Assembly: GCF_902713615.1 (NCBI RefSeq) | Contig: NC_052163.1 | Location: 22,764,248 to 22,828,247, forward strand | Direction of reading: 5' to 3' | From: Scyliorhinus canicula | Taxonomy: Eukaryota | Length of the DNA stretch: 64,000 nt | Shown: positions 11,830 to 24,700 of the stretch, one piece after another | Position numbering within the stretch: position 1 is the stretch's first letter | How the letters are laid out: each line of letters starts with the position of its first letter | Position numbers and translations under genes: made by a program | The notes under the pieces: model-generated | What the model was told of the DNA's origin: nothing | The model's input: the letters and a program-made list of their open reading frames with translations, nothing else | The model's database searches: none

Positions 11830-13468
11830 AGCACTGTTTGACTCTGTCAACTCTGGTTATGCTTGATTAAGTTCAAAGTCTTGAACTTGTGGGCACAGGA
11901 GTAGGTTGAGTATCTGTGCATGAGCGTCCCCTTCCTGAAGTAGAGTCCAGTGAAAGTCCTGGTATAACAGGAACAACTTGTTGAATTTCCACAGCCGCAT
12001 TTCCAACTTTTGCTGTCCCCGGGTGATGGTGTAGACCAGGGGTGGGCAAACTTTTCCGTGCAAGGGCCACATTCAGAAATTCACAATTTTGAAGGGCCGC
12101 ATAGTATATTAAGTAAAATAATTAATATTTTAAATAGCCAAAATAACAGGTCTTTAAAGAAAAAAAAAGCACATTTATTTGAAAAACAAAGTAACTCAGT
12201 AAGTAACAGAACAATGTCAATGAGAATGATGCATCTGACTGCAGTCATTTACCAGTTTGTTGAAATCAGGTGTCAAGTTGCTTGTGCTGATCCTTAACAC
12301 TGACAGAAGCACAGCCTAGCCGAGTCAACAATAAAAACGCGCGTAGTGGGGTTGATGAGTGGGGCTGCCTTACTGGTCGGTTTAGTTGGGTGTGCGACCA
12401 ATAGGAGTCCAGGTTACAAACAATAACAAGGCTTATTGAATAAGCGCATTTACTTCAGCGGCTTTTCCCCGGCGGCTTTTCAAAAATGCCGGTTATGATT
12501 CCGGGCACCTCATTGGCGGGCCGCATAAAAACCTTTGTCAGGCCGTAGTTTGCCCACCCCTGGTGTAGACGGATATCATCTTGGTGCCTGTGAACAACTC
12601 TTCCAGTGTTCAGTTTCACTACCAAAGATACTGGACTACTTCAGTTAAGAACAACTCCAGGTGGCCATCGCTGGTTACTACCAAAATTCCTGATATAGAC
12701 ACAATCATTCAGGTTAAAAGGTCTCTCCTTAGCATGATAATCATGTCTCTTCTTCTGCTTTACTTGTCTCCTTCCCACTTTCGCTTCGACATCTGAATGT
12801 AGCAGATCCAGTTGAGACTTCGGTCTTCTACCCATCAGTAATTCAGCTGGTGAGCGTCCTGTAGATGTTTCGATATTGAAATAAGAACCTTAAGAGTTTG
12901 GTCCCTAAAGTATCACCTGCCACCCTCTTCAATCCTTTCTTTAATGTCTGAACAGCTTGCACTGCCAAACCAGTTGTATCTGGATGAAAAGGCGCGGTAC
13001 GCACATGGCGTATTCCATTCCTTTGCATAAACTTTTGGAACAACTCTCTTTTAAATGTTGGACCACTATCAGAAATGACAGAATCCGCTAACCCATGAGA
13101 TACGGCGACCTGGCGTATCTTCCAATGGTATGGGAGCTGAATATTGCTCTATGTATACTTCCAACTACTTAATGTGCATCCACGATGACTAAAAACATGT
13201 GACGTATTAAAGAATCTGCAAAAATCCACAGGAATTATCAACCAAAGACGATCAGGCCACTCCCAAGGATAAGGGGTACTAGTGGCACCATCTTCTGGTT
13301 AGGTTTACATTCAGAACAAGATTGCACTTTGTTCTCCAAATCCTGGTCCATATTAGGCCACCAAATATATGACCTGGCTAGACTCTTCATTCGAGAGGCA
13401 CTTGAATGAACCTCATGAATTTTATCCATTACTTGCGAATGACCAGGAGGTGGCACAAACACATTCAA
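11830..13468 (-). mobile_element. Gypsy/Ty3 LTR-retrotransposon integrase remnant
   Basis: HHCC finger HEVH...RMKSLARSYIWWP..D.E..V.SCSEC; core GIRHVRTAPFHP...GLA..AVQTLK; stops and frameshifts. Confidence 0.88.
12037..12562. mobile_element. Non-autonomous hAT (Charlie/Buster-type) MITE inside the Gypsy remnant
   Basis: Perfect 16-bp TIR caggggtgggcaaact; 8-bp TSD gtgtagac (12029-12036 and 12563-12570). Confidence 0.93.
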
Positions 13469-14029
13469 CCGGGCGGCACAGTGGTTAGAACCGCTGCCTC
13501 ACAACTCCAGGGTCCCTGGTTCAATTCCAGCATCGGGTGACTAGCTGTCTGTGTGGAGTTTGCACTTTCTCCCTGTGTCTGCGTGGGTTTCTTCCAGGTG
13601 CTCCAGTTTCTTCCCACAGTCCAAAGATATGCAGGTTAGGTGGATTGGCTATGCTAAATTGCCCCTTATGTTGACCAGGCTAATCAGAATTGAGGGAAGG
13701 CTGTGATTGTAACTGATAGCATTATTCTGTGTCTCTCAGAAATTGGATGGTCCTGCGTAGAAATTACAGCACAGAAAACAAGAGGAACAGGCCATCCAGC
13801 CCAAACAGTCTGTGTTGGTGTTTATCTTCCACACAAGCATCTTGTATTACGACTGAATGAGTAGCATTCAGCAGAATGCCACGTGTAGGTTCAGTGATGC
13901 CAGTTGATCACTTTGTTCTAAAGCGCAATCTTAAACAAAATGCTGCTTTGTTTTTACAGGTGCTATTCAAGACCAAACATTATCTCAGCTCCTAGGTTAT
14001 ATTTAACCCTTATTTTCCCTCCACTACAG

Positions 14030-14126
14030 AGGTTGATCGTTTGTCTGGAGGAAGCCATTTACATTCATAACATCAAGGATTTGAAGTTACTGAAAACCAT
14101 TCAAGATATACCACCAAACCGCACAG
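14030..14126 (+). CDS. WIPI1: WIPI1 exon 4 equivalent, [33 protein letters not shown]
   Basis: ctacag| acceptor, |gtgggt donor, 97 nt. HNIKD (Lys) is WIPI1-type; WIPI2 has HNIRD. Confidence 0.96.
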
Positions 14127-16566
14127 GTGGGTGAAAATTGTTCGAAATCAGTGACGTAAATCTGGACTCAAAATTCCAGACGGTTCCTTTGTGTCACTGC
14201 TGTGGCATAATGGCATGAAAATGAGAGAATTACACAAAATATACAACGTGGAAAGCAGGCCATTCAGCCCAACTGGTCTGTGCTGGTTTTTCTGCTCCAC
14301 ACGAACCACCTTGCGTGACATCATCAGCATCTTATTCTATGCAATTCTCTGACTTTCCTGAAGATGGATCTGGCCATTCAACTCGGCTTGTCCACGTGGT
14401 AGTGAGTACCACATTCCAGCTTATTTTTGTCCGTAAAGCCGTATTCACTTGTTCCCAAGCTGATTCCACATATTCTGGCTGTAGTCATTGGCGTAAAAAT
14501 TATTAACACAGTCGACCTGTTGTTTTTGAATGGGATTCACAGCAGCTATTTGTTGAATTTTATTTACTTCAATGAAGGGAGATGGCAAATTTTTAAAAGC
14601 TCTGCCACTTCTTGGTATTGCTCTCAAAAGAAGTAAATTGTAGAAACTTCCTGTAGGTACCTTTGATAAATGCAAAAATACCGATCTGTTTAAAAGCAAA
14701 GCTGTTTTCAGCAGCCAGAATTGTGTTCAATTCGACGCAGCAATAGAACAGCTTTATGGCTTTATGCACGATTGTAATTAGATTCGAGCTGCTGTTTGAC
14801 AATATGGGTGAAGTTTTGTGTTGTTATTGTAGCCTAAAAATGGACGTGAAAGGTAAAGAAAAGAGAATTTTGAAGCACAAATGATCTGGCTAATGTTTAA
14901 TCCAAATTCAGAGCTGTTTTTCCAGTAGTGTCTGAAGTCCACAGCAGCAGTTGTTCACATTCTTACCCAGCTCTCCTGCTTCTACTGACCCCACAAGGAT
15001 AATTTTCATTCTTAACCCTTTCGGGTCCCTCTTCTCTAGCCTGCCTGGCTTTACTGAAAAGAGTGCCCATGACGCATGCTCTTACAATACCTGCTTTGTC
15101 AGAATCTAGAGGTTTCCCTCTGTGTGGATATGTCAGCTGGCAGCCATTTTTTCTTCTTTGAAGAAGGTTTTTTTAATGTGAGGGAAGGGACAGAAGGGAA
15201 AGAGATGGATGTAGAAACAAATGCCCGTAATGATACATGCACAGAAACCAATGAGCAGAAATAGATTCTTGTCAATAGAAAGAGAGACACTCGCCAAGAG
15301 GGAAAGAGAACAAAATACTCACATAAGTGAGAACAAATGAGAAAGATAGAATATTCACCTACAAAGTCAGGTTCACGAATGAACTGGAGTCCTCAGCTTG
15401 ATCTTATTGTCATATCGGTTTGAATGACCACTGTCTGCGGTGAAATATCTATAATTTAATGCCTTAGTTAGTGAAAATGTGAAACCGAAGTGCAATTTCA
15501 GCTAAATTTTGAGTGAAATTACAGAGATGAAGCAGCTCTTGGGGAAATTCCCAACCATAACCTAGGCTCACACTTCACCATGTGAATGCTGCATTGTAGA
15601 CAATGCTTTCAGGAGGGATGTGAAACTGGCCCAGTTGCCTGCGCGGGTGGATGTAAAAAAAAAAATCCCATGGCACTATTTGAACATTTTCAGCGGTGTT
15701 TCCTGGTGTTCTGTCCAAATATTCATTGCTTGACTAATACAAAACTAAAATAGATGAACTAACTGATTTCCCCTCTGTATGTGGGACCTTGCTTGGCTGA
15801 AATTGATTGCCATGTTTGCCTACAACACATCATTGATTTCACTTCAGAAAGTAATTGGCTGTGAAGCAATTTGATGATGTCTAAGGATTTAGAGGGTGCT
15901 TCAGCGGTGGGCATCATGGTAGTAGTGGTTAGCACAGTTGCTTCACAGCTCCAGGGTCCCAGGTTCGATTCCCGGCTTGGGTCACTGTCTGTGCGGAGTC
16001 TGCATGAAAGACGTGCTGTTAGGTGATTTGGACATTCTGAATTCTCCCTCTGTGTGGAGTCTGCACGTTCTCCCTGTGTCTGCGTGGGTTTACTCCGGGT
16101 GCTCCGGTTTCCTCCCACAGTCCAAAGATGTGCAGGATTAGGTGGAAGGCCGTGATAAATTGTCCTTAGTATCCAAAAAGGTTAAGTGGGGTTACTGGGA
16201 TAGGGTGGAGGCGTGGACCTAAGTAGGGTGCCCTTTTCAAGGGGCCAGTGCAGATTCAATGGGCCGAATGGCTCTTTTTGCACTGTAAATTCTATGTTAG
16301 TGCGAATTCTTTGTTTTTATTTGCATTTTCGCTCCACTTTCACTGCTTCACACCCCACCCTGCTATGACTGTTCACTGGTAGATCTATATCTGAGATATT
16401 TTCGCACTACCTCTCCCATGCGGACTGTAAATTCTATGATCAAATTCTATTACATTCACACTTTCGTCAGTTCACTATTGAGTGCATGAAGGACAGGGAT
16501 GCAGCATCACTGATACCATATCACTTGCTGAGCATTGTAACATCCTGTTTTGTCTGTTCTTCCCAG

Positions 16567-16664
16567 GCCTCTGTGCGCTTTCCATCAATCATTCCAACTC
16601 GTATTTGGCATACCCTGGCAACGCCACTATAGGGGAAATAGTGATTTATGATGCAAATAACTTG
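16567..16664 (+). CDS. WIPI1: WIPI1 exon 5 equivalent, (G)[32 protein letters not shown]
   Basis: tcccag| acceptor, |gtgagt donor, 98 nt. [12 protein letters not shown] matches WIPI1. Confidence 0.96.
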
Positions 16665-17948
16665 GTGAGTCTGTACTTTCTGGGTAAGTGGGTTGACCAT
16701 AATGGTTGTATTGCAACTTTAACTGAGCATTTTAAGCCTTATGGAGAGGAAGGGAATGAGAATACCTTTCTTCACCTCCAGTTGGCGCAGCAAGATGGTT
16801 TAAGTATTGACTTTCCCAATGCAACCACAGTCAATTAATGTGGGTTAGATCTTGGATTTGATGGGTCTAATGTTTCCTCTTGACTTTGAAATGTGATAGA
16901 GATGGCAAGGAGTGCTCCGTATAAAAGCTGGGCTGAGTAAGGCAATGAAAACTTTGCCCACTGAATGAAGTCAAGTTCCAGTGATGTCTGAGATGGCGAT
17001 TCAAATTCATACCGTCAGAATGACTTAGCAAACTTGTAGCATGAGCTGGCACTCTGCTGAACTATTCTCTTCTTGGGATTATGAATGAAATGAAGTCCGG
17101 TGTCAGCGGTGGCTCGATGGGTAGTACTGTTGTCTCTTAGACAGATGGTTGTCCGTTCAAGTCCCACTCCCCAGTTTTGAACATGCAATTTATATTGATA
17201 ATTCATTAAAAATAAGCTTCAACTACACTCTCAGCCAAATCTTAAATTAATAATTCTGAGAATTTAGGGCAGCATGGTAGCACAAGTGGCTAGCACTGTG
17301 TCATCACAGCACCAGGGTCCCAGGTTCGATTCCCCGCTGGGACACTGTGTGTGTGGAGTCTGCACGTTCTCCCAGTGTCTGAGTGGGTTTCCTCTGGGTG
17401 CTCCGGTTTCCTCCCACAGTCCAAAGACGTGCAGCTTAGGTGGATTGGCCATTCTAAATTGCCCTTAGTGTCCACAAAGGTTAGATGGGGTTATTGGGTT
17501 ACGGGGATAGGGTGCAAGTGAGGGCTTAAGTGGGTTGGTGCATACTCAATTTGCCGAATAGCCTCCTTCTGCACTGTATGTTCTATGTTCTAAAAAAAGA
17601 AGAGCAGGAAATCTCAAATATTCAGCCCTCAAGCAACATGACTATGACCGATTACCTGTCATTTATCATTTGTGCGACAAATAGCCTGTCTCGTTTTCGT
17701 AGATTGCAGCTACAACTACACTTGAAAATAACAAGTGCTTTGGAGCATCCTGAGGTCACAAAAAGTGCTGCATAAATTCTTGCTTACTGCAAACCTGCAT
17801 CCAATGTGAAATAGTACCTCCACTTACTGAATCCCCTGTTAAAAGCTGTCCACCTCCAACCATCTTATTTTAATTAGCTGTCACTTGTAGCTTTTTGACA
17901 TGATTGTTTTATATGTCAGCTAATGTTTGCTCATTTTCTTCCCATCAG

Positions 17949-18041
17949 CACAGTGTTTCTGTAATCCCTGCACACGATGGTCCACTTGCTGCATTGACCT
18001 TCAACTTCGCAGGTTCAAAATTGGCAAGTGCCTCAGAAAAG
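17949..18041 (+). CDS. WIPI1: WIPI1 exon 6 equivalent, HSVSVIPAHDGPLAALTFNFAGSKLASASEK
   Basis: catcag| acceptor, aag|gtattt donor, 93 nt, phase 0-0. WD40 AH...LASASEK motif. Not in the ORF track. Confidence 0.95.
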
Positions 18042-19454
18042 GTATTTTAGAATCATAGAATGGTTCCAGGAGGGAGGCCGTCTGTCCTATAGTGTCTGTG
18101 CCAGCTATCGACAAATGGCCTTCTTCCAATTATGCATTTTTCCTCTTGGCTTTTTGACTGTTCCACATTATCCTAAACCTTATGGTACCATGCTCACTGC
18201 TCCATAAATATTCATCTATTGACAACTGATTGCTTGGATCACCTCAATCTCCAGGACCAGATCCAACAATACCCGAAACATACTCATAAAAATGGTTCTC
18301 CTGAATACTCTTCCCCCTCTTCCCTTGCACGATTACTACTCGAGTCTAAATTGGGGTAATTAACGTTCCCCCATTATCACTACTCTATAGATTTGGCACC
18401 TTCTGTAGTGGCCTACATATATGCTCCTCCAAATTGTTCCCACTAAGTGATAGCCTATAAAATGCACTCTGTATTCTGCAATATGCAACACTATTGTTTC
18501 TTAACTCCAACCATATAAATTCTGTCCTCGACCTCTCCTGGTCATCCTCTTTCTCATTAATCAATAATGCCACTTCTCCTCATCTCTTTACTTCCTATCT
18601 TTCATGTATATCTGTATCCAAGCACATTTAGTACCCAGCGCTGCCCTTCATTTGAGCCCAGGCCTCCATTATTACTACGTTGCTATCTGTGCATAAAACT
18701 CACCAATGTTATTTACCACATTCCATTGATTCATATGTATGCACAGTAAACCCAATTTAGACCCTATTGCATTCCTTTTATTATCCTATTATTGTGTTCC
18801 CTGTTTCTTATTGCAATTCTATTTGACTCTCCCAATCCTTTGTGCACCTTGTTTCTCTTGTTAAATGCTACATCCTGGTTCCACCCTCCTGCCAAATTTG
18901 TTTAAACCCAACAGCATTAGCAAACAACTCCACAAGGACGTTGGTTCCAGCCCCTATTGAGGTCTGGCCCCATCTGGTCTGTTTGGGCCCTATCTTCACC
19001 AGAAATGGTGCCAATCTCCCAGAAATCTAAAGCCCTCTTCCGGCATTCTCTCTAGGCACACATGTGTATGCTCTGAATCCTCCTGTTTCAACTAGCACGT
19101 GGAACTGGGATTAACCCAGAGACAATTACTTTAGAGTTTCTGCTTGCTATTGTTTTCTGTGTGTGTCCCTTGGCTACACTGATTTTATTTTTCTCTTTGA
19201 GCGGTGGTTGTATGCGTTACCATAACAATTATCACCAACAGATTGTTCGGGTATATCAAACAGCCTCTCAAAGAAATAAACCAAAATCATAATTTCGATG
19301 AGATAAATGCTTTATTTTAAGGTAATTTCCCCCCCCCCCCCCCCCCCCCCCCCCACTCTGAGATAGTTTCAGAAATATTTTCCCCTCATCTATTGCAGTT
19401 TTCACTCTATCTCTGAGTATGTGGAAATGAATTGAGTGAACAGCCTGCTGTAAC

Positions 19455-19570
19455 ATTCACCTGATGCGCTCCGAAATCTAGTGATTCGAAACAAACCTGT
19501 TGGACTTGAACCTGGTGTTGAAAGACTTCTTACTGTGCCCACCCCAGTCCAACGCCTGCATCTCCACATA
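19455..19570 (+). mobile_element. Second, single-arm copy of the Penelope-like end with a damaged hammerhead core
   Basis: Homologous to 38086-38287; flanked by agcctgct(g/a)taa at 19442-19453 and 19572-19583. Confidence 0.75.
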
Positions 19571-20822
19571 AAGCCTGCTATAAGTCTGTGCTAGAGCTCA
19601 GAAACCAATCACAGGAGCACCGAGAGTTAGATCCCACTCTTGATTATGGGAGACACAGTCAACCCGTGAATGTCGGGGGTGGGGCGGGCGAGTATCCTGG
19701 TGAGTGCCGATTGAGTGTCTGTCGGGGGGTGGGGTGGGGGGTTGATTATCCTTGTTAAAATGTCAGTGGGGAGAGAGTCTTCCCCATCAATATCGGTGGT
19801 TTGGAGAGTCTCCCCGTAAGTGTTGGACAGTCTCTGTCATTCTCCCTGCTTCACAGTATACTCATACAATTTTTTTCAATCCATTTGTTATTGACGAAAA
19901 GTTTACCTGTTGTAGTTTATAGGTTTGATTATAAGTCCCAGCTTTCCATTCAGCAGCAGGATTTTAGCCCTGTGGTGCCACACAGCTTACCACTTTCATC
20001 CAATAATAACATTTTAAAAAAATAAATTCAGACTACCCAATTCATTATTTCCAATTAAGGGGCAATTTAGCGTGGCCAATCCACCTACCCTGCACATCTT
20101 TGGATTGTGGGGGCAAAACCCACACAAACACGGGGAGAATGTGCAAACTCCACACGAACAGTGACCCAGAGCCGGAATCGAACCTGGGACCTCGGCGCCA
20201 TGAGGTGGCAATGCTAACCACTGTGCCATCCAATAATACATGAGGTGCTGAGTAAACTGTTCTATGATGTTATAAGATTCAATCTTTTTATATTTTGTTC
20301 TGTTTCTGGACTGTGTTCTGTACTATTACTGCTGTGGAGATAATTGCTGAAAGCACATTAAAATAGCAGAGGGTGCTCATCTCCCATTTCCCGTTTATTT
20401 TATGGAAACATTTGAACTGGGTTCAGGAACTATCAATGTTAGTTTTTGCTAACTTGGCATTTAACTTCACACAGTCCGACTTCCACGTTATTAACAACCT
20501 TAGCATTTCTTCTGCTCTCTCATTTTTGATTACATTCCCCCCCCCCCCCCCCCCCCGTTTTAGACACCTATGTGAATGTCAGACTAATTTATCGCAAATT
20601 ATGCTGAGAGGACTGTTAATTTGTAAGTGTGATCCAGCCCATGGGAGTTTGAAAGTAACGTTATGTTGCAGATTCAAAGTGGAAAGAACTGCAGGAGGTT
20701 TGAAATAGGCTAAAGTTTCTGATTTAGAACGTTTGACTGTTTTGATGAATGAATGGGATAATTGCTCTCCTGTGGTTGTAAATTGTGGAGGTTCATTCAC
20801 TCACTCACCGAATGTTCTGCAG

Positions 20823-20893
20823 GGTACTGTTATTCGTGTCTTTTCTGCGCCCGAGGGACAGAAACTCTATGAGTTCAGGAGAGGGATGAAAAG
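20823..20893 (+). CDS. WIPI1: WIPI1 exon 7 equivalent, [23 protein letters not shown](R), with the FRRG phosphoinositide-binding motif at 20874-20885
   Basis: ctgcag| acceptor, |gtaatt donor, 71 nt. PROPPIN signature FRRG. Confidence 0.97.
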
Positions 20894-21739
20894 GTAATTT
20901 CAGACATGGGTTTGAAAAAGTAAAGTGTCCACAGGTTTGATTTTTAGTTTTCTTGTCTACTGTTTGTTCCATTCGTAAATGTATTTTATTCCATCTTGTG
21001 TGTTCCGATTTAGTCCCCTCACAGTATGATTGGCCTGAAGAGCCTGCACAAGGCCGGCTCTCGGGCCTGTGACATTGCTGCTTTGTGCTGGCATGTGGAA
21101 GTTGTATCCCTCCCTCCCTTGTTCAGAGTATAGTCTGAACTCTGCCTCCCTGAATTTGTGACGTGGAACGATTCTAGCCTTGAACCTCCTTCCATCTGTT
21201 CAAGGAGCAGCATGCTTTTACAGCATTAAGGAAATTGCTTTTTATTTCATTCAAGGTTCTGCTGGTGAATGCTTCCAAGATGAAAAGGTCTCAATGCTAT
21301 CTATATCCCATGTCGGATTTTGGATAAGTAGGAAGTAATTGTTAGCTGTGGAATGGGTCTGACTCTTTTGGTGACTCAGATTTTTTCTGAAACGGACAAT
21401 CCAGAGAAATTTATAGCTTTGATGCCTGGTTTGTGCTGCATTAGCTCATCTCACCTGAGTGTCCCAGTGGGGTTGTTGACCTCCGTGCTCCTGGGTTTGG
21501 TAAATCTACCAAACCTTATTGTTGTTGAGCGACCACCACCCTCACCTTCTAGAGAAGCATATCTGTGACATCTGGCAGATGTTGGTGCGGGGCCCACACA
21601 CTGGCATCTCTAGACCCCCTCTGGCACCTCGAGGCCCACCCAGTCTGACCTCAAAGGCTTGTTTTTTTAGAAAAAGGTTGTTAAATTTCTCCGAAGACAG
21701 CAACCTGGGAACATTTCAAAAGATAATCAATCACCATAG

Positions 21740-24700
21740 GAGAGTGAAGCTGGGGAGATAAAAGAGCGCAAGAAAGAGAGACCTCGAGCAGAGGTGGGGG
21801 GAGGAAAAAGTGAGACTGCAAAACGAGCCAGGGGGGGAAAAGAGCACAAGGAAGAGTGAGACTGAGTGTGCAGCCGGAGAAATAAGACTTTGAGAAAGAG
21901 CGTGACTGAGGTGACGTCAGGATTCAAAGTGACGTGGGGCAAGTGGAGGCAGCTGATTGGGTGAGTACAGTCAGACAGGTATTTACTACTTTTACCACTT
22001 GTACGGTCCACAGTTTGTGGTCTATAGTTTGTAAGCATTATATTCTATCGTAACAAGAACCAGAGAAGAAAGGCCCTAAAGTAATTGATATTATTTGATT
22101 TTAAGTATCTTCCTAAAGCCTTCATTTAAAGTAGTAAGTCATGGCAGGAGACCTTAAAGCCGGGGTGTGCTCCTCCTGTACTATGTGGGAATCCAGGAAC
22201 ATGTCTAGTGCCTGGGGCCTGTATGTGTACAGGACCTGTCTCCAGCTGCAGCTCCCTGAAGCCTCAGGTTTGAAGCTGGAGTGGTGGCTGGGGACGCTGG
22301 AGCATCCACCAGGTGGAGAGTATCGTTGATTGCATGTATAGAGATGTGATCACATTTCAGGCTAAGACTCCACCTGCAGGAAAGGAATAGCAGACCACAG
22401 ACAGAGCAAGAGGACTAAGCAAGCAGTGTAGGAATCTCCTGTGGCCATTATCTGCAAAGCCGATATACCACTTTGGATACTGTTGGAGGAAGGCAGCAAC
22501 AGCCACATTTGTTGCACCACAGTTGGCTCTGCTGGACAGGGAAGTAAAAAGAGGAGTAAAAAGTGTGGGAATCCGATAGTTATAGGGGATTCAATTGGAA
22601 GGGGAATAAATAGGTGTTTCTGTGGCTGCAAACGAGACTCCAGGATGGTGCTAGGATGTCCTGAGTGGCTACAGAACATTCTGGCGGTGGAAGGTGAAAG
22701 GCCAGTGGTTGTGGTACACATTGGTAAAAGATGACACGGGTCTAAAAAGGGATGAGGTCCTAAAAGCAGAATATAGGTAGTTAGAAATTAAGTTGAAAAG
22801 TCGGACCTCAAAGGTGGTGATCTTAGGATTACTACCAGTGCCACACGCTAGTCAGAGCAGAAAAAGCAGGATCTATCAGATGAATACGTACGTGGTTGAA
22901 GGGATGGTGTGAAGGGGAGGATGTGAGATTCCTCGAATATTGGGACCCATTCTGTGGGAGGTAGGACCAGTACAAACTGTTACCAGACATACCAGAAATG
23001 TTGGGAAAACACAGGGTTTAGTGAGAGGGAGGAAACTAGTATTAGTTGGGAAAATGGTGTTGGGAAATTGATGGGATTGAAGGCCAATAAATCCATAGGG
23101 CTTGATAATCTACATCCCAGAGTGGCCCGAGAAATAGTGGATGCATTGGTGGTTATACTCCAACATTCTATAGTCCCTGGAACGGTTCCTACAGATTGGA
23201 GGGTAGCTAATGTAACCCCACTATTTAAAAAGGCAGGTAGAGAGAAAACAGCGAATTATAGACCAGTAAGCCTGACTTCCCTAGTGTGGAAAATGCTAGA
23301 GTCCATTATAAAGGATTTAATAGCAGAGCACTTGGAAACCAGTGACAGGATCAGACAGCGTCGGCATGGATTTAAGAAAGAGAAATCATGGGCGGAATTC
23401 TCCAACTCCCTGCAGGGTCGGGGAATCGTCCGGGGCCGGCGTAAATCCCGCCCCCGTCTTGGCCGGAATTCTCCGCCACCTGGGAATCGGCGGGAGTGGG
23501 AATCACGCTGCGCCGGTCGGCAGGCCCCCCCGTGCCAGTCGGCGGGCCTCTGGCCCGCGATGGGCCAAAGTCCCGCCACTGTCAGGCCTCTCCCGCCAAT
23601 GTGGTTTAAATCACCTCTGTACCGGCGGGAGCAGGCGGCGTGAGCGGGCCCCCGGGGTCCTGGGGGGGGCGTGGGGCGATCGGACCCCGGGGGGTGCCCC
23701 CACCGTGGCCTGGCCCGCGATCGGGGCCCACCGATCGGCGGGCGGGCCTGTGCCGTAGGGGCACTCATTTTCTTCCGCCGCCACCATGGCCTCCACCATG
23801 GCGGAGGCGGAAGAGACACCCTGCACCGCGCATGCGCCGGTGGTGACGTCAGCGGTCGGTGACACTCCGGCGCATGCGCGGACTCACACCGACTGGCGAA
23901 GGCCTTTCGGCTAGCCCCGACGCCAGGTGTCGTGGCGCCAAAGGCAGTCGGCGGAGCGGGAGCCACTCAGGCGCGGGCCTTGCCCCTTTGCGGAGGCCCG
24001 ACGCCGGAGTGGTTGGCGCCACTCCGCTACGCCGGGACCCCCCCGCCCCACCTGGTAGGGGAGAATTTCGCCCCATGCCTGACAAATCTACTGGAATACT
24101 TTGAGGATGTCACGCGTTGGGTTTGGACTTTCAAATGGCTTTCAACAAAGTCCCAGAACAAAGATTAGCATGTAAAATTAAAGCGCATGAGACTAGGGTT
24201 GTGTATTGAGATGGATAGAAAATTTGATGGCAAAGAGGAAACAAAGAGTAAGCATAAATGGGTCTTTTTCCAAACGGCAGGCAATGACTAGTGCAAGGAT
24301 CCCAACTATTCACAATATAAATTAATGATTTAGATGAGGGAACTAAATGTAATTTGCAGATGGCGCAAAGCTAGGTGAAGGGTGAGCTGTAAGGAGGATG
24401 CAGAGATGCTTCAGTGTGATTTGGACAAGTTGAGTGAATGGGCAAATGCATGGTAGATGCAGTATAATGAGGAAAAATGTGAGGTTATCCACTTTGGTAG
24501 CAAAAGCAGGAAAGGTAAATTATTATCTGAATGGCTGCAGATTGAGTGAGGGGAATGTGCAATAGTCGCTGAAAGTAAGCATGCAGGTCAGCAGGCGGTA
24601 AACAAGGCAAACGGTATCTTGGCCTGTATAGCGCGATGATATGAGCACATATGCAGAGATGTCTTGCTGCAATTATACAGGACCTTGGTGAGGCCACGCT

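Noticed and set aside
23256-24168. Long overlapping ORFs in GC-rich segments (also 3656-4362 and 10393-11041)
   Set aside because: They lie inside TIR-bounded MITEs; stop-codon scarcity reflects GC content and no protein family is recognisable.
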